Part shown: positions 26,924 to 37,347 of the stretch, piece after piece
Numbering within the stretch: the stretch's first letter is position 1
Layout: each line of letters starts with the position of its first letter
From: a virus
Lineage: Duplodnaviria; Caudoviricetes
Virus record (IMG/VR): IMGVR_UViG_3300042291_001013
Length of the DNA stretch: 64,000 bases
Reading direction: 5' to 3' (one strand)
Position numbers and translations under genes: made by a program
Notes under the pieces: generated by a model
What the model was told of the DNA's origin: nothing
The model's input: only the letters and a program-made list of their open reading frames with translations
The model's database searches: none

Positions 26924-29900
26924 TTATCCTAAAGCTATTGCCAATGCAGTTGCATCCGCCACTGTGGACACTGGGTTTCCAGCAATACTTATGCCTGTTG
27001 TAGCGGCTATATTATTGGCAGAAATGTTGCCAGTTGTGGTTATTCCAGTGGTCATATTCAATGCACTCACAACGTTGCCGCTTAGACTCAAGCCCGCGGC
27101 GTTTAGATTGCCACCAGTGATGTTGCCAGTAGCACTCAATTGTCCAGCAGTGTTGACGTTTCCGCCCCAAATGTTGCCAACAACACCTGCGCCGCCTGCC
27201 ACTTGAAGAGCGCCAGTAATTGTGCTTGACGCGGCTGTGGTTGCTTTGATATTGGCTATAGTGGTAATTTCCAATGTAGCAATATTACCAATACCTGCTG
27301 TAGTTAAGTTGCCACCAATGACATTTCCAACTATGCTGGCTAGACCAGCAGAGCGTATGTTGCCGCCAATGACGTTGGCAGTGGCGCTGATGTTTCCACT
27401 TGCGTTGATGTTGCCGCCTGTGACATTACCTGTTGCGCTTAGAGTAGCGCCTTGAATCAGTGCTACACTGATAACGTTGCCACCAGTGACATTGCCCACT
27501 GCTGATACTTGGCCAGCTGTGTTAACGTTAGCGCCTGTGATGTTGGCCACTGCGCTAACAGCCCCTAATCCATTGATATTGCCGCCAATTATGTTGCCCA
27601 CAACGCTGGCAATACCAGCTGTGTTGATGTTGCCGCCAATGATATTACCAGTTGCCACAACTTCAGCACCAGTAGTAAGATTGCCACCTGTGATGTTTGC
27701 AGTAGCAATAACAGTACCACCAGTCACAATGTTGCCACCTGATATGTTACCAGAACTGGTTAAAATATTGCCAACTGCTACCAACTGACCAGCAGATTCA
27801 ATATTTGCGGCATTGGTGCTGACAATCTTGCCACCCACTGTTAGAGCATTTGCAACATAGTCATATGTTAACCCGCTGTCAGCACTGATAGTGCCGTTTA
27901 AGTTAAACACCACTTGACTGTTTGAGCCTGGAGCACTTAGATTACCAACAATGTTACCAATAAAGTTTGGTGCAACAATGTTGCCAACGCTACTGATTCC
28001 ACCCGAACTACTAATGCCACCATTAGAAATTATGTTGCCGCCAGTGATATTTCCAGTTGCACTGATTGTGTTTCCAGTAGTGATTGAACCCGCGGCGCTG
28101 ACCAAGCCTAAAGTACGCAAGTTTCCGCCATCAATGTTACCAACCACTGAGAGCAGGCCTTGATCAATAATGTTACCACCAGTGATATTGCCCACAGCAC
28201 TTATTGTACCACTGGCAAATATTGTTAGACCACTGATTGTATTTGGCGTTATTAGATTTCCGCCTGTGACGTTGCCAATCGCTGATATAACATCAACGTC
28301 TAGTCTACCAGCTGTGACAAAGTTTGCGGCTGTGATGTTGCCTGTAGCACTGAGTGTGGTTCCAACTGTAACCCCTGATGTAACTGTAACATTACTGCTA
28401 ATAATGTTTGCCGCAGATACTATGTTGCCTGTGGCAGACATAAAGCCAGAATTCAAAATATTTGTGCTGTTTATGTTACCAGATGCAGTCAATGTACCTG
28501 TGTTGACTGCTCCAGTTACACTCAAGTTGGTACCTTGCAACAAAGATGTGGCAATCAAGTTGCCACCAGTGATATTACCTGTGGCACTGACCAAGCCTAC
28601 TGTGGTCAAATTTCCTACCAGCGCATTGCCCACAACGCTGGCAATACCAGCTGTGTTAATATTGCCGCCAATCACGTTGCCAGTTGCACTCACCACAACA
28701 CCGTTGACATTGCCGCCAATTACGTTACCAGATGCACTGAGTGTGCCACCTTGCACCAAATTGGTTGCAAACACGTTATTGCCAAATACATTGCCGGTGG
28801 CACTGATAATACCGCCGGTGTTGATGTTACCACCAATTACATTGCCAACAGAGCTGACCAATCCAGATGTGTTGATGTTTCCACCAATTACGTTGGCCAC
28901 AGCACTGACCGTTTGACCTTGTACCAAGCCCACCGCCAACAAATTGCCTCCAGCCACGTTGCCTGTCACGTTGAGTGGTGATACTACATTGCCACTTAGG
29001 CTCAGCCCAGTTGCGTTTAAGTTGCCACTAGTTATATTACCAACTGCACTGATATTGCCAGAAACAATATTTGCACCAGTGATCAGGTTACCACCAGTGA
29101 CGTTGCCTGTAACACTTACCGAAGTGCCTTCAATGTCGCCAACAACAAATGTTCCATAAGAGTTTACAGTGACAATTTCGTTGGCAATTGATACGTTGGC
29201 TGCCGCAAATAGTTTGCCAGTTGCGTCATTCCAACCAACAAAGGCTTGCTTTTCTGCGGTATCATAGTACCACATGTCAACACCGCGAGTTTTGCCATCA
29301 TCAACTGTGAGTGGGGTGTTGTTGGCTCCACGTCCCAGAGCAATGATTGGATCTTGTACTGCCAGGGTTTGTACGTTTACATAGGCAATATTGCCGTTGA
29401 CCGTTAAGTTACCATTGACCACAGCATTGCCTGTGGCATTGAATTCACCAGTTTGCAACAAACCAGTTGTGATCAAATTACCACCAGTGATGTTTGCAGT
29501 GGCACTGACTTGACCGGCTGTGGTTAAATTTCCACCAATGACATTGGCCACAGCACTTATTGTTTGTGTAGCTGTAATTGTTAAGGCGGCTGTAATTGTG
29601 TTGGCGCTGATGCTGTTGGCGCTGACCAGGCCAACAGTGTTGACGTTGCCGCCGCGGATGTTGCCTGTGACCAATAGCAAGCCAGTTGTATTAAGATTGC
29701 CGCCATTAACATTGGCAGTTGTAGTAACGTCGCCCAGTAATGATACCAAATTACCAGTGTATGTGGGCAAGTAGGCCTGCACGTTGGCATTGCTGTAAGT
29801 GCTTCCAGCACTGATACCAGTTAGCAAACTACCATTACCAATATAATAGTTGGCGCTGATGTTGGCTGTTGTGGTAACATTGCTTGTGGAGTTGATCTCA

Positions 29901-32900
29901 CTGAGTACGTTGCCACTCAGGCTCAAGCCTGCGGCATTCAAATTGCCACCAATGATATTACCAATTGCAGTGACCAAACCTGCTGTGGTTATGTTTCCAC
30001 CAGCAACGTTTGCTGTTGCACTAAGTGTTGTGGCAGAAATAACGTTGGCGCCAGTGATGTTACCGCCTGTACCAGTTGTGCTAATGTTACCACCAGTGAT
30101 ATTGCCTGTGGCACTAACAATTCCGCTGGTGTTAAGGTTGCCGCCAGTGATGTTGCTTGTTACGTTAAGAGCACTAACAACGTTACCACTCAGGCTCAAT
30201 CCTGTGGCATTCAAATTGCCACCAATTATGTTTCCAGTTGCAGTTATCAATCCTGCTGTGGTTATGTTCCCGCCCGTTACGTTACCAGTAGCACTTACAG
30301 TTACGCCTTGTACCAAGTCTGCGCTGGTTACGTTGCCGCCGCGCACATTGCCTGTAGCAAGTACGCCAGCGGTTGTGTTAACATTACCAGTTGCAGTTAC
30401 TAAACCAGCGGTGCTGATATTACCACCTGTGATGTTGCCAGTGGCGCTGATCAATCCAGTTACGTTGGCGCCAGTTCCAGCAAATGTAGCGATTGTGGTT
30501 CCAGCCACACCCACTGTGGTGTTGCCGCTGGCTGCCACACTAACGTTGGATGTACCATTTACTAACTGTGTTGGTGTAGTAACAATACCAGTTAGCAAAC
30601 TACCATTACCAATAAAGTAATTGCCGGTAACGTTACCTGTTGCTGTGATCAACCCAGCAGTTCTTAGATTTCCACCGGTGATGTTGCCAGTTGCTATGGC
30701 CTGGCCGCCAGTGATCAAGTTGCCACCAGTGACGTTGGCTATGGTTGTAACATCACCAGCCAAGGATACCAAATTGCCAGTGTATGTGGGCAAATAGGCC
30801 TGCACGTTGGCATTGCTGTAGGTGGCTGGCAATCCAGTCAGCAGACTACCATTGCCCAAAATGTATCCACCACTGATGTTGGCAGTGGTTGTGATGTTGG
30901 CCACAGTGTTGATAGCACTCACAACGTTGCCACTCAGACTCAGTCCAGTGGCATTCAAATTGCCACCGCCAATATTGCCAGTGACTGTTAAACTGCCCAG
31001 GGTACCCAGGCTTGTGATGTTTGTTTGAGCCGCAGTGGTCAGTGTACCCGTAATACTTGTACCCGACAAGTTGCCGCCACTGATGTTGCCAACAGCAAAG
31101 ATCAATCCTGATGCAACTAAATTAGCGCCGTTAACGTTGGCCAGAGTGTTTAGGTTACCGGTTGCAACTACCCAGCCAGCAGTGTTTAGATTGCCAGCAT
31201 CAACGTTGCCGCCAGCACTTACCAGTCCTGCGGTTCTTAAATTGCCACCTTGAATGTTGCCCAGCACTGTGAACAAGTTTGGTCCATCAGTGTTAAATGT
31301 CATACCAGCTACAGCGCCAGCATTGCCTTGATTGTTGTAAAGAACTTGTGTGTTTGATCCAGGAACAACCAAGTTACCTGTGATGTTACCTGCAAAGTTA
31401 CCAACAAAGTAACCTGCTGTTATGATGTTGCCTGAAGAACTTACAGTTCCTGTTGTTGTTAGATTGCCGCCTGCTACGTTGCCGCTGGCACTGAGTGTTG
31501 TGGCATTGAATCCACCAGTCAATGCCAAGTTACCACCAGCAATGTTGGCTGTGGTTGTGATATTACCAGTAGCAGTTACTTGCCCAGCAGTTTGAATATT
31601 TCCACCAATTACATTGCCAGTAGAGCTGACCAGACCTACGGTGTTAACATTACCACCGCCAATATTTCCAGTGACAGTCAATGCACCAAGAGTACCAACA
31701 CTTGTGATGTTTGTTTGGGCTGCTGTTGTTAGCGTACCAGTAATGCTTGTACCACTTAGATTGCCGCCTGTGATGTTGCCAATTGCACTAAGGTTACCAG
31801 ATGCACTTACTGTACCGCCGGTTACGAAATTACCACCAGTAACGTTACCAGTCGCAACAATCAATCCACCTGTAAAGAAGTTACCACCAGTAACATTCCC
31901 AGCAACACTTATGGTATTGCCATAAGTGATTTCCTTACTGGTAGCGTTGTAGAACATGACCTGGGCCGTGTTGGCCACATCATTTCTAACAGGAGCCACT
32001 GTGAATGTGTTGGCTGTGGTTTGATCTAAAATAGCGCCAGTGGCATTCAATATGATTGAATTGTTGGCCTGTAAATTGTTGCCGGCCTGATGACCAATAG
32101 CTACAGAAAACGTGCCTTGCCCATTAAGACCAGCGTAGGCTCCAAGAGCCACTGCACCAGCGCCTTGGCTGGTGCTGCCAGCTCGCAATCCAGCGGCCAA
32201 TGCTTGAGTGCCTTGTGAGTTTTGTCCAGCCGCGTAGCCAATCCCTATTGAATAGGCACCTTGTGAGTTTTGTCCAGCACTACCACCAAGAGCCACTGCA
32301 TCAGCACCTTGATTAGCAAATCCGGCAGCATCGCCAATGGCCGTAGCATAGGTGCCTTGGGCAGTATTGCCAGCAAGTCGACCAATGGCTATAGCGTTGC
32401 CAACAGTGTTTTTAATTGTTGCACCGTTTGTGAGTGTGATCACGCCAGTATTGACATTACCACCTGTGATGTTGCCTGTGGTCACTATTGTGTTTGACCC
32501 AAATGCGGCCAAGAATGTGGCCACTTGTGCATTGCCGTAAGTGGCCGGTAATCCTGTAAGTTGGCTACCATTACCAATAAAATATGCGCCACTAATATTG
32601 GCTGTGGTAATGATGTTTGCGGTTTCTGTGCCGCTGGCCAAATAAGTTGAAACATCAGCATTGCCGTAAGTGGCTGGCAAGCCGGTAAGCTGGCTACCAT
32701 TACCAATAAAATACTGACCAGCAATGTTACCTGCGGCAGAAACGTTGGCAGATGCGTTGATGTTTACTGCTACTGCATTGCCTGTGGCGCTGATTGTGGT
32801 ACCTTGTACCAAGGCAGAACTAATGACATTGCCACCAGTTACATTGCCAGCAGCCGAAACATTGGCCAATGCTGTGATATTATTACCAGTAACCAATGCA

Positions 32901-34267
32901 CTAGCAACAATATTGCCCTGAACACTGACCTGAGTTGGACTGATTTCAACAACACCAACCACACCGCTGATGTTGCCAACAATGTTGCCATTGGCCGCAG
33001 GAATGTTAAGTTCAGTTGTACCGTTTGAAATTTTTACTGCGGAACCAACGTTGGAGCTGGCAACGACCCCGGTCAAGCCAGCACCGTTACCAATAAAGAT
33101 GCCGCCTACTGAAACAATGTTGCCTGCGGCAGTCATTGCGCCGTTGCTGGTGATGTTGCCTACAATGGCATTGCCAGTAACAGACACAATACCTGTTAAT
33201 GACAAGTTGTTGCCTGACAAGTTGCCTGTGTAAGTAGGCAAGTATGCTTGTACGTTGGCGTTTGAATACTGTGCTGGTAAGCCAGTTAGCTGGCTACCGT
33301 TACCAATAATGTAAGCACCAGTAATGTTACCTGAAGTGGTTACAGGACCAGTTAGACTGACCAGATTACCAGTGTATGTGGGCAAGTAGGCCTGCACGTT
33401 GGCATTGCCGTAAGTGGCTGGTAAACCAGTTAGCTGGCTACCGTTACCAAGAATATAATTTCCAGTGACATTGCCTGTGGCAGAAACTGTTGAAACATTA
33501 ATGCCAGTAGGGGTAACCACCAATACATTGCTAGTTCCACCAATTGTGGCTGAAATATTTCCACTAGCAGCCGCAGTCATGTTGGTGGTACCGTTTACAA
33601 TGGCATTTGATGTGCCGCTGTAGGCCCCGTTACCACTTAGAACAAATGTTCCGCCCTGTTGGTTTGTGATAGTTACCGCAGTGGCATTGGATGTAATTGT
33701 TGAATTATTCAAGTACAGCGTGTTACCGCTTAGGTACAAGTCTTTCCAGGCCGCAGTTGCGCTACCTAGATTGTATGTTACGTTTGCCGCAGGCAGCAAA
33801 TTGCCCTTGAAAGTGGTATTGAAACGATTGAAAACTACTGTGTCACTGGTGCCTTGAATTGTAACTGTAGCATTGCTTGCATTAACTGCAATGTTGCTGG
33901 TTCCGTTGGCAATATACGGTGCGGCGGCCGCAACTACGCCTGTAAGCTGTGAACCATTACCCACAAAATATTGTGAATGAATAGTGTTTACGCGATAGTT
34001 GGCATCGCCAATGTTGAATACGCTGTCAATGCTGGGACGCATTGAACTGTTAAAAACTACGTTGCCAATACCGTTAGCTTGTAATATTAAGTTACCGTTG
34101 ATACCATTAATTGATATGGTATTGTTGGCGATAACAACATTGCTGTCAACCGGTCCCGCGGCGAAAATCTGGCTGAAATTGTTGTTTACGGCATCAAATG
34201 CCTGTCGCAACGGTTCACCAGTTCCATCATTGGCTGTTGCGCCAACGTCAATGATTTGTTGTGCCAT
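26924..34267 (-). CDS. Giant tail fibre/adhesin (2447 aa)
   Basis: N-terminal gp9/gp10-like attachment motif IDVGATANDGTGEPLRQAF..VN.NF; ~17 aa ATGNITGGNL repeats; nine GNG(S/A)xLTG motifs; seven 16 aa YadA-like A.AIG..AG...QG repeats; C-terminal ALAIALG. Confidence 0.8.
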   Translation of the reverse strand: MAQQIIDVGATANDGTGEPLRQAFDAVNNNFSQIFAAGPVDSNVVIANNTISINGINGNLILQANGIGNVVFNSSMRPSIDSVFNIGDANYRVNTIHSQYFVGNGSQLTGVVAAAAPYIANGTSNIAVNASNATVTIQGTSDTVVFNRFNTTFKGNLLPAANVTYNLGSATAAWKDLYLSGNTLYLNNSTITSNATAVTITNQQGGTFVLSGNGAYSGTSNAIVNGTTNMTAAASGNISATIGGTSNVLVVTPTGINVSTVSATGNVTGNYILGNGSQLTGLPATYGNANVQAYLPTYTGNLVSLTGPVTTSGNITGAYIIGNGSQLTGLPAQYSNANVQAYLPTYTGNLSGNNLSLTGIVSVTGNAIVGNITSNGAMTAAGNIVSVGGIFIGNGAGLTGVVASSNVGSAVKISNGTTELNIPAANGNIVGNISGVVGVVEISPTQVSVQGNIVASALVTGNNITALANVSAAGNVTGGNVISSALVQGTTISATGNAVAVNINASANVSAAGNIAGQYFIGNGSQLTGLPATYGNADVSTYLASGTETANIITTANISGAYFIGNGSQLTGLPATYGNAQVATFLAAFGSNTIVTTGNITGGNVNTGVITLTNGATIKNTVGNAIAIGRLAGNTAQGTYATAIGDAAGFANQGADAVALGGSAGQNSQGAYSIGIGYAAGQNSQGTQALAAGLRAGSTSQGAGAVALGAYAGLNGQGTFSVAIGHQAGNNLQANNSIILNATGAILDQTTANTFTVAPVRNDVANTAQVMFYNATSKEITYGNTISVAGNVTGGNFFTGGLIVATGNVTGGNFVTGGTVSASGNLSAIGNITGGNLSGTSITGTLTTAAQTNITSVGTLGALTVTGNIGGGNVNTVGLVSSTGNVIGGNIQTAGQVTATGNITTTANIAGGNLALTGGFNATTLSASGNVAGGNLTTTGTVSSSGNIITAGYFVGNFAGNITGNLVVPGSNTQVLYNNQGNAGAVAGMTFNTDGPNLFTVLGNIQGGNLRTAGLVSAGGNVDAGNLNTAGWVVATGNLNTLANVNGANLVASGLIFAVGNISGGNLSGTSITGTLTTAAQTNITSLGTLGSLTVTGNIGGGNLNATGLSLSGNVVSAINTVANITTTANISGGYILGNGSLLTGLPATYSNANVQAYLPTYTGNLVSLAGDVTTIANVTGGNLITGGQAIATGNITGGNLRTAGLITATGNVTGNYFIGNGSLLTGIVTTPTQLVNGTSNVSVAASGNTTVGVAGTTIATFAGTGANVTGLISATGNITGGNISTAGLVTATGNVNTTAGVLATGNVRGGNVTSADLVQGVTVSATGNVTGGNITTAGLITATGNIIGGNLNATGLSLSGNVVSALNVTSNITGGNLNTSGIVSATGNITGGNISTTGTGGNITGANVISATTLSATANVAGGNITTAGLVTAIGNIIGGNLNAAGLSLSGNVLSEINSTSNVTTTANISANYYIGNGSLLTGISAGSTYSNANVQAYLPTYTGNLVSLLGDVTTTANVNGGNLNTTGLLLVTGNIRGGNVNTVGLVSANSISANTITAALTITATQTISAVANVIGGNLTTAGQVSATANITGGNLITTGLLQTGEFNATGNAVVNGNLTVNGNIAYVNVQTLAVQDPIIALGRGANNTPLTVDDGKTRGVDMWYYDTAEKQAFVGWNDATGKLFAAANVSIANEIVTVNSYGTFVVGDIEGTSVSVTGNVTGGNLITGANIVSGNISAVGNITSGNLNATGLSLSGNVVSPLNVTGNVAGGNLLAVGLVQGQTVSAVANVIGGNINTSGLVSSVGNVIGGNINTGGIISATGNVFGNNVFATNLVQGGTLSASGNVIGGNVNGVVVSATGNVIGGNINTAGIASVVGNALVGNLTTVGLVSATGNITGGNLIATSLLQGTNLSVTGAVNTGTLTASGNINSTNILNSGFMSATGNIVSAANIISSNVTVTSGVTVGTTLSATGNITAANFVTAGRLDVDVISAIGNVTGGNLITPNTISGLTIFASGTISAVGNITGGNIIDQGLLSVVGNIDGGNLRTLGLVSAAGSITTGNTISATGNITGGNIISNGGISSSGGISSVGNIVAPNFIGNIVGNLSAPGSNSQVVFNLNGTISADSGLTYDYVANALTVGGKIVSTNAANIESAGQLVAVGNILTSSGNISGGNIVTGGTVIATANITGGNLTTGAEVVATGNIIGGNINTAGIASVVGNIIGGNINGLGAVSAVANITGANVNTAGQVSAVGNVTGGNVISVALIQGATLSATGNVTGGNINASGNISATANVIGGNIRSAGLASIVGNVIGGNLTTAGIGNIATLEITTIANIKATTAASSTITGALQVAGGAGVVGNIWGGNVNTAGQLSATGNITGGNLNAAGLSLSGNVVSALNMTTGITTTGNISANNIAATTGISIAGNPVSTVADATALAIALG

Positions 34268-34316
34268 AGATAATCAAGGTCCTCTGTGTATTTACCAGAA
34301 ACCCAGGATTAGAGTT

Positions 34317-35825
34317 TTAGCCAATTCTAGTATAGGTCAGGTGAGAGCCAGATGCAACTGTGACGTTTGCAAGGCTGGTTTGCGCTCGAAGAATCACAGT
34401 TGTGTTGGCAGTATGGTAGAATGTGCCGTTGATTCTTACCGCACGTTGCGCAGTTGTGGCAGCCATGGACTGTGTGGTTCCTGTGGTATCAGACGTGCTG
34501 GAAGTTGCAGCCGCCCAAGATGCGGCAGCACCAGTTTGAGATTCCACTGTGTAATTACAGCTTCCACTGGGGAAGTTTACGGAAAATGCAGTGGTGGTTG
34601 ATGATCCGTTGGTGGTAAGATACATTAAACTTTCAAACTTATAGGCTTGATTTGCCAATGCACTGAATTGCAGTACCCCAATGTTAGCCATGCTGGCTGA
34701 GCTAATGTCAAACGACGCACTCTGCCACACAATGTTTTCAACACCAATACCTGCACCGTAGCTGTTGCCAGAAACGTTGGCATTAGCTGTTCGTAATTCT
34801 AGTCCCAGCAAGTTGCCAGTTGCGCTGACATAGCCCTGTGTTACCAAGTTTCCGCCAGCATAAACGTTGCCAGTAGCACTCATTTTGTCGTTGCTGTTGA
34901 CGTTACCGCCTGTGACGTTACCGGTAGCTGAAAAACCAGCAGTTCCAGCAGTTGCGCCAGTTAAAATAACAATGTTGTTGGCTGTGACGTTGCCTGTGGC
35001 ACTTACTGCGCCCCCAGTAACCAAATTTCCACCAGTGATGTTGGCTGTGGCAGACACCTGCCCAGCTGTGGTCAAGTTACCCGGAGTCACGTTTCCAATC
35101 ACAGTTTCTGTTCCAGAAACATAAGTGTTTCCAGAAACTGCAAAAGTGTGTAGAGGTGCTGTGTTGGCCACACCCACGTTGCCTGAAGCACCAATGATTG
35201 CTAGCCTAGTTGTGTTTGATCCTGCATTGCTTTGGAACAAGATATTGGCGTTACCGTTGATGTCCGAGTAAACAGCACGGATTGCGGCAGTTACACGAGC
35301 TGTGGCACCAGTTGCATCGCTGGTGAACCACTCAACTGCACCAATATTGGCACCCACTGTGGTTATAACAGTATTTGCATCACTGAATCTAATAGTTCGA
35401 TCACTGGCTGCATCTGAAGTTTGGCTGAGCAAAATATTGCCGCCGGTGTTGATGTTTGCACCTGTGATGTTACCGGTTGCTGTGATCAACCCGGCTGTGA
35501 CTAGGTTGGCGCCAGTAATGTTACCTGTGACGCTGACCAATCCAGTTACAAACTGACCAGTTGTGGCAAATACTGCCACATTAGACGTACCGCCAATGGT
35601 AATATTGGCATTTCCATTTGCCACAGGAATAGCAATACTGCTAGTTCCATTAAAGAGGTTGTCACCCGAAATGTTACCTGACAATGTAGCGTTGCCTGAA
35701 ACACTGAGGTTTCCGTCGATGATCACTGTAGCGGTGTTGGCAGTCACACCCTGAATGGTAATTGTATCAGTGTTCCCAATAGTTGTAATGACGACGTTGC
35801 CAGCAACACGCTTGTAGATAGCCAT
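34317..35825 (-). CDS. Tail fibre-like protein (502 aa)
   Basis: Same GN repeat family; perfect TATAAATA at 35843-35850; SD AGGA. Confidence 0.7.
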   Translation of the reverse strand: MAIYKRVAGNVVITTIGNTDTITIQGVTANTATVIIDGNLSVSGNATLSGNISGDNLFNGTSSIAIPVANGNANITIGGTSNVAVFATTGQFVTGLVSVTGNITGANLVTAGLITATGNITGANINTGGNILLSQTSDAASDRTIRFSDANTVITTVGANIGAVEWFTSDATGATARVTAAIRAVYSDINGNANILFQSNAGSNTTRLAIIGASGNVGVANTAPLHTFAVSGNTYVSGTETVIGNVTPGNLTTAGQVSATANITGGNLVTGGAVSATGNVTANNIVILTGATAGTAGFSATGNVTGGNVNSNDKMSATGNVYAGGNLVTQGYVSATGNLLGLELRTANANVSGNSYGAGIGVENIVWQSASFDISSASMANIGVLQFSALANQAYKFESLMYLTTNGSSTTTAFSVNFPSGSCNYTVESQTGAAASWAAATSSTSDTTGTTQSMAATTAQRAVRINGTFYHTANTTVILRAQTSLANVTVASGSHLTYTRIG

Positions 35826-36413
35826 TTAGAGTTCCTTTGTGTTATTTATACGGTTTAAGAAGTCTTCCATGGGCATGTGAACCAAGTTTACAATACCCTG
35901 CAAGCTGGATAAATTTGCTGTGGTTTTTCCTTGAACTCTAAAAAATCCACATTTGGGAAAATCTTTCATGACTCGTTGCATCTGGCGTTCCCAATTGCCG
36001 GTGTATGTGGGGTTTGATGCGCTTTTTTTGTAAAATTCTGTGTCAGCATACACATTGTTGAACTTGCCTGTTTGAGTTGGACCCATGTCAAACCCAACAA
36101 GATAGATTGCTCTGTGTCCATCCAGCGCGGCTTGTCCCACAGCAATGGGTCCTGAGCTGTAGCCAAAATAGTCTTGAGCTATGCGTCTGGCGCCAGTATC
36201 GGGCAAGGGTTTTCTTGTGTAGTGTATGTGAGTTTGACTGTACCCATCTTGTTGGATACGCAAGCTAATGGGAGCATCAGTACTGATCAGCACATCTGGT
36301 TCAAACTCTTTGTAGATAGCGTTGCATCCGTAGACACGCCCGCAAGTTTTTAACACTGCTAAATCAACTTCTTTGCGGCTGATGCCGTTACCAAGTACAA
36401 ATGCTGGGCCCAT
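35826..36413 (-). CDS. MptE/Maf-like (DUF115) glycosyltransferase-related protein
   Basis: AFVLGNGISR...VYGCNAIY....PD.LISTD...SSGPIA...A..GH..IYLVGFDM. Confidence 0.6.
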   Translation of the reverse strand: MGPAFVLGNGISRKEVDLAVLKTCGRVYGCNAIYKEFEPDVLISTDAPISLRIQQDGYSQTHIHYTRKPLPDTGARRIAQDYFGYSSGPIAVGQAALDGHRAIYLVGFDMGPTQTGKFNNVYADTEFYKKSASNPTYTGNWERQMQRVMKDFPKCGFFRVQGKTTANLSSLQGIVNLVHMPMEDFLNRINNTKEL

Positions 36414-36444
36414 AAAAAATCCTCCCAGTATGTAGCTGGGAGGA
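36414..36444 (-). terminator. Intrinsic terminator whose 3' arm contains the SD of the next gene
   Basis: TCCTCCCAG-CTACATA-CTGGGAGGA-TTTTTT-ATG. Confidence 0.7.
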
Positions 36445-36461
36445 ATTGGTTACTTGATAAA

Positions 36462-37211
36462 TTAAGAAGTAACGTTCTGTATCAAAGCCACGTTGATAGT
36501 GGTTTGTGCAGTACCAGACTTGATAACTGAGCCTTCATCAGTAAAGAAGTTGGCCACTTGACGTGTGTCAGCAACAACTTCTGCCGCAGTGAATCCATTT
36601 CCGCCTTCAAAGCCCAACAAGAATTTGTTGGACAACTTGGAAATAAACACTTCAGATGAAGCGTCATCAATATAGCTGATGCTCATCAATCCCACTGTTG
36701 GGGTTGCAGAATTTGTCAAAACACACACACCTACAGAATTAACGGTACCCGAACCTGCTCCGCCAACTGAACTGGCAGTGAACACAGTGCCTACACCAAA
36801 GTTACCGGGTGCGCCAGCGGCTGTCCAATCAGTGGTGCCCACAGACACAATTTGATAAGCCTGGCCAACAACAAAACTTCCGTCGTTGACACCAGTAACA
36901 TCACCCACTAGATATTTGCGAGAACCTTTTTGACGGATGATATAGCCTTGTGCCACACCAATACCTGTGCCCGAAGGGTTGGCAATGTTAACAGTAACGT
37001 CAACACGTGGATTGGTTGCGCTTGGGGTATCTGTAGGGCCTGCGCCGCCAACAACACCAAGATATTGAGTGCCGTTTAGAGTTTGAACTGGGCTGTTAAA
37101 AACAGGATTTGTTAAACTGTTGAAGTTAGGATAGCCAAGATCCACGCCAACGGCTGCGCCGCTGTTGCCTGATCCAGTGCTTGATTTTTGTATTTTTAGA
37201 GGACGACCCAT
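36462..37211 (-). CDS. Hypothetical protein, probably an abundant virion (decoration) protein
   Basis: 249 aa Gly/Thr/Val-rich; strong SD AAGGAGA, own late promoter and terminator. Confidence 0.6.
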   Translation of the reverse strand: MGRPLKIQKSSTGSGNSGAAVGVDLGYPNFNSLTNPVFNSPVQTLNGTQYLGVVGGAGPTDTPSATNPRVDVTVNIANPSGTGIGVAQGYIIRQKGSRKYLVGDVTGVNDGSFVVGQAYQIVSVGTTDWTAAGAPGNFGVGTVFTASSVGGAGSGTVNSVGVCVLTNSATPTVGLMSISYIDDASSEVFISKLSNKFLLGFEGGNGFTAAEVVADTRQVANFFTDEGSVIKSGTAQTTINVALIQNVTS

Positions 37212-37297
37212 TTTGTTTTCTCCTTAAAGAAGTCCGATGCGAGTTCTAGTCGCTACGCTGTGGGTATTAGTCTCAGCATAAAACACCCTATTGTGTT
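37212..37297 (-). ncRNA. Candidate structured cis-regulatory 5' leader (pseudoknot plus hairpins)
   Basis: GGGUG/UACCC and AUGCUG/CAGCGU interleaved as an H-type pseudoknot; GCGA-CUAGAAC-UCGC hairpin; CUUCU/AGGAG hairpin over the SD. Confidence 0.45.
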
Positions 37298-37347
37298 GAC
37301 AAGTATTTAGCAAAAATGTAAAATAGCATAGCCTAGGAGCGTAAATA
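37296..37347. promoter_or_regulatory. Divergent promoter cluster: late box on - (37304-37309), sigma70 on + (37296-37324), late box on + (37342-37347)
   Basis: TTGACA-N17-TAAAAT overlapping CTAAATAC on the opposite strand; GTAAATA 5 nt before ATG 37353. Confidence 0.6.

Noticed and set aside
23364-35754. Dozens of + strand ORFs rich in LPPV/MLP over the fibre genes
   Set aside because: Antisense shadows of GGN-AAY-rich repeats on the coding strand; no SD or promoter support.
37255-37290. Canonical TPP riboswitch
   Set aside because: Only the GGGUG..GCUGAGA..AUACCC part and CAGCGUAG are present; the P4/P5 pyrophosphate-binding arm is absent. Kept as an unassigned structured leader.
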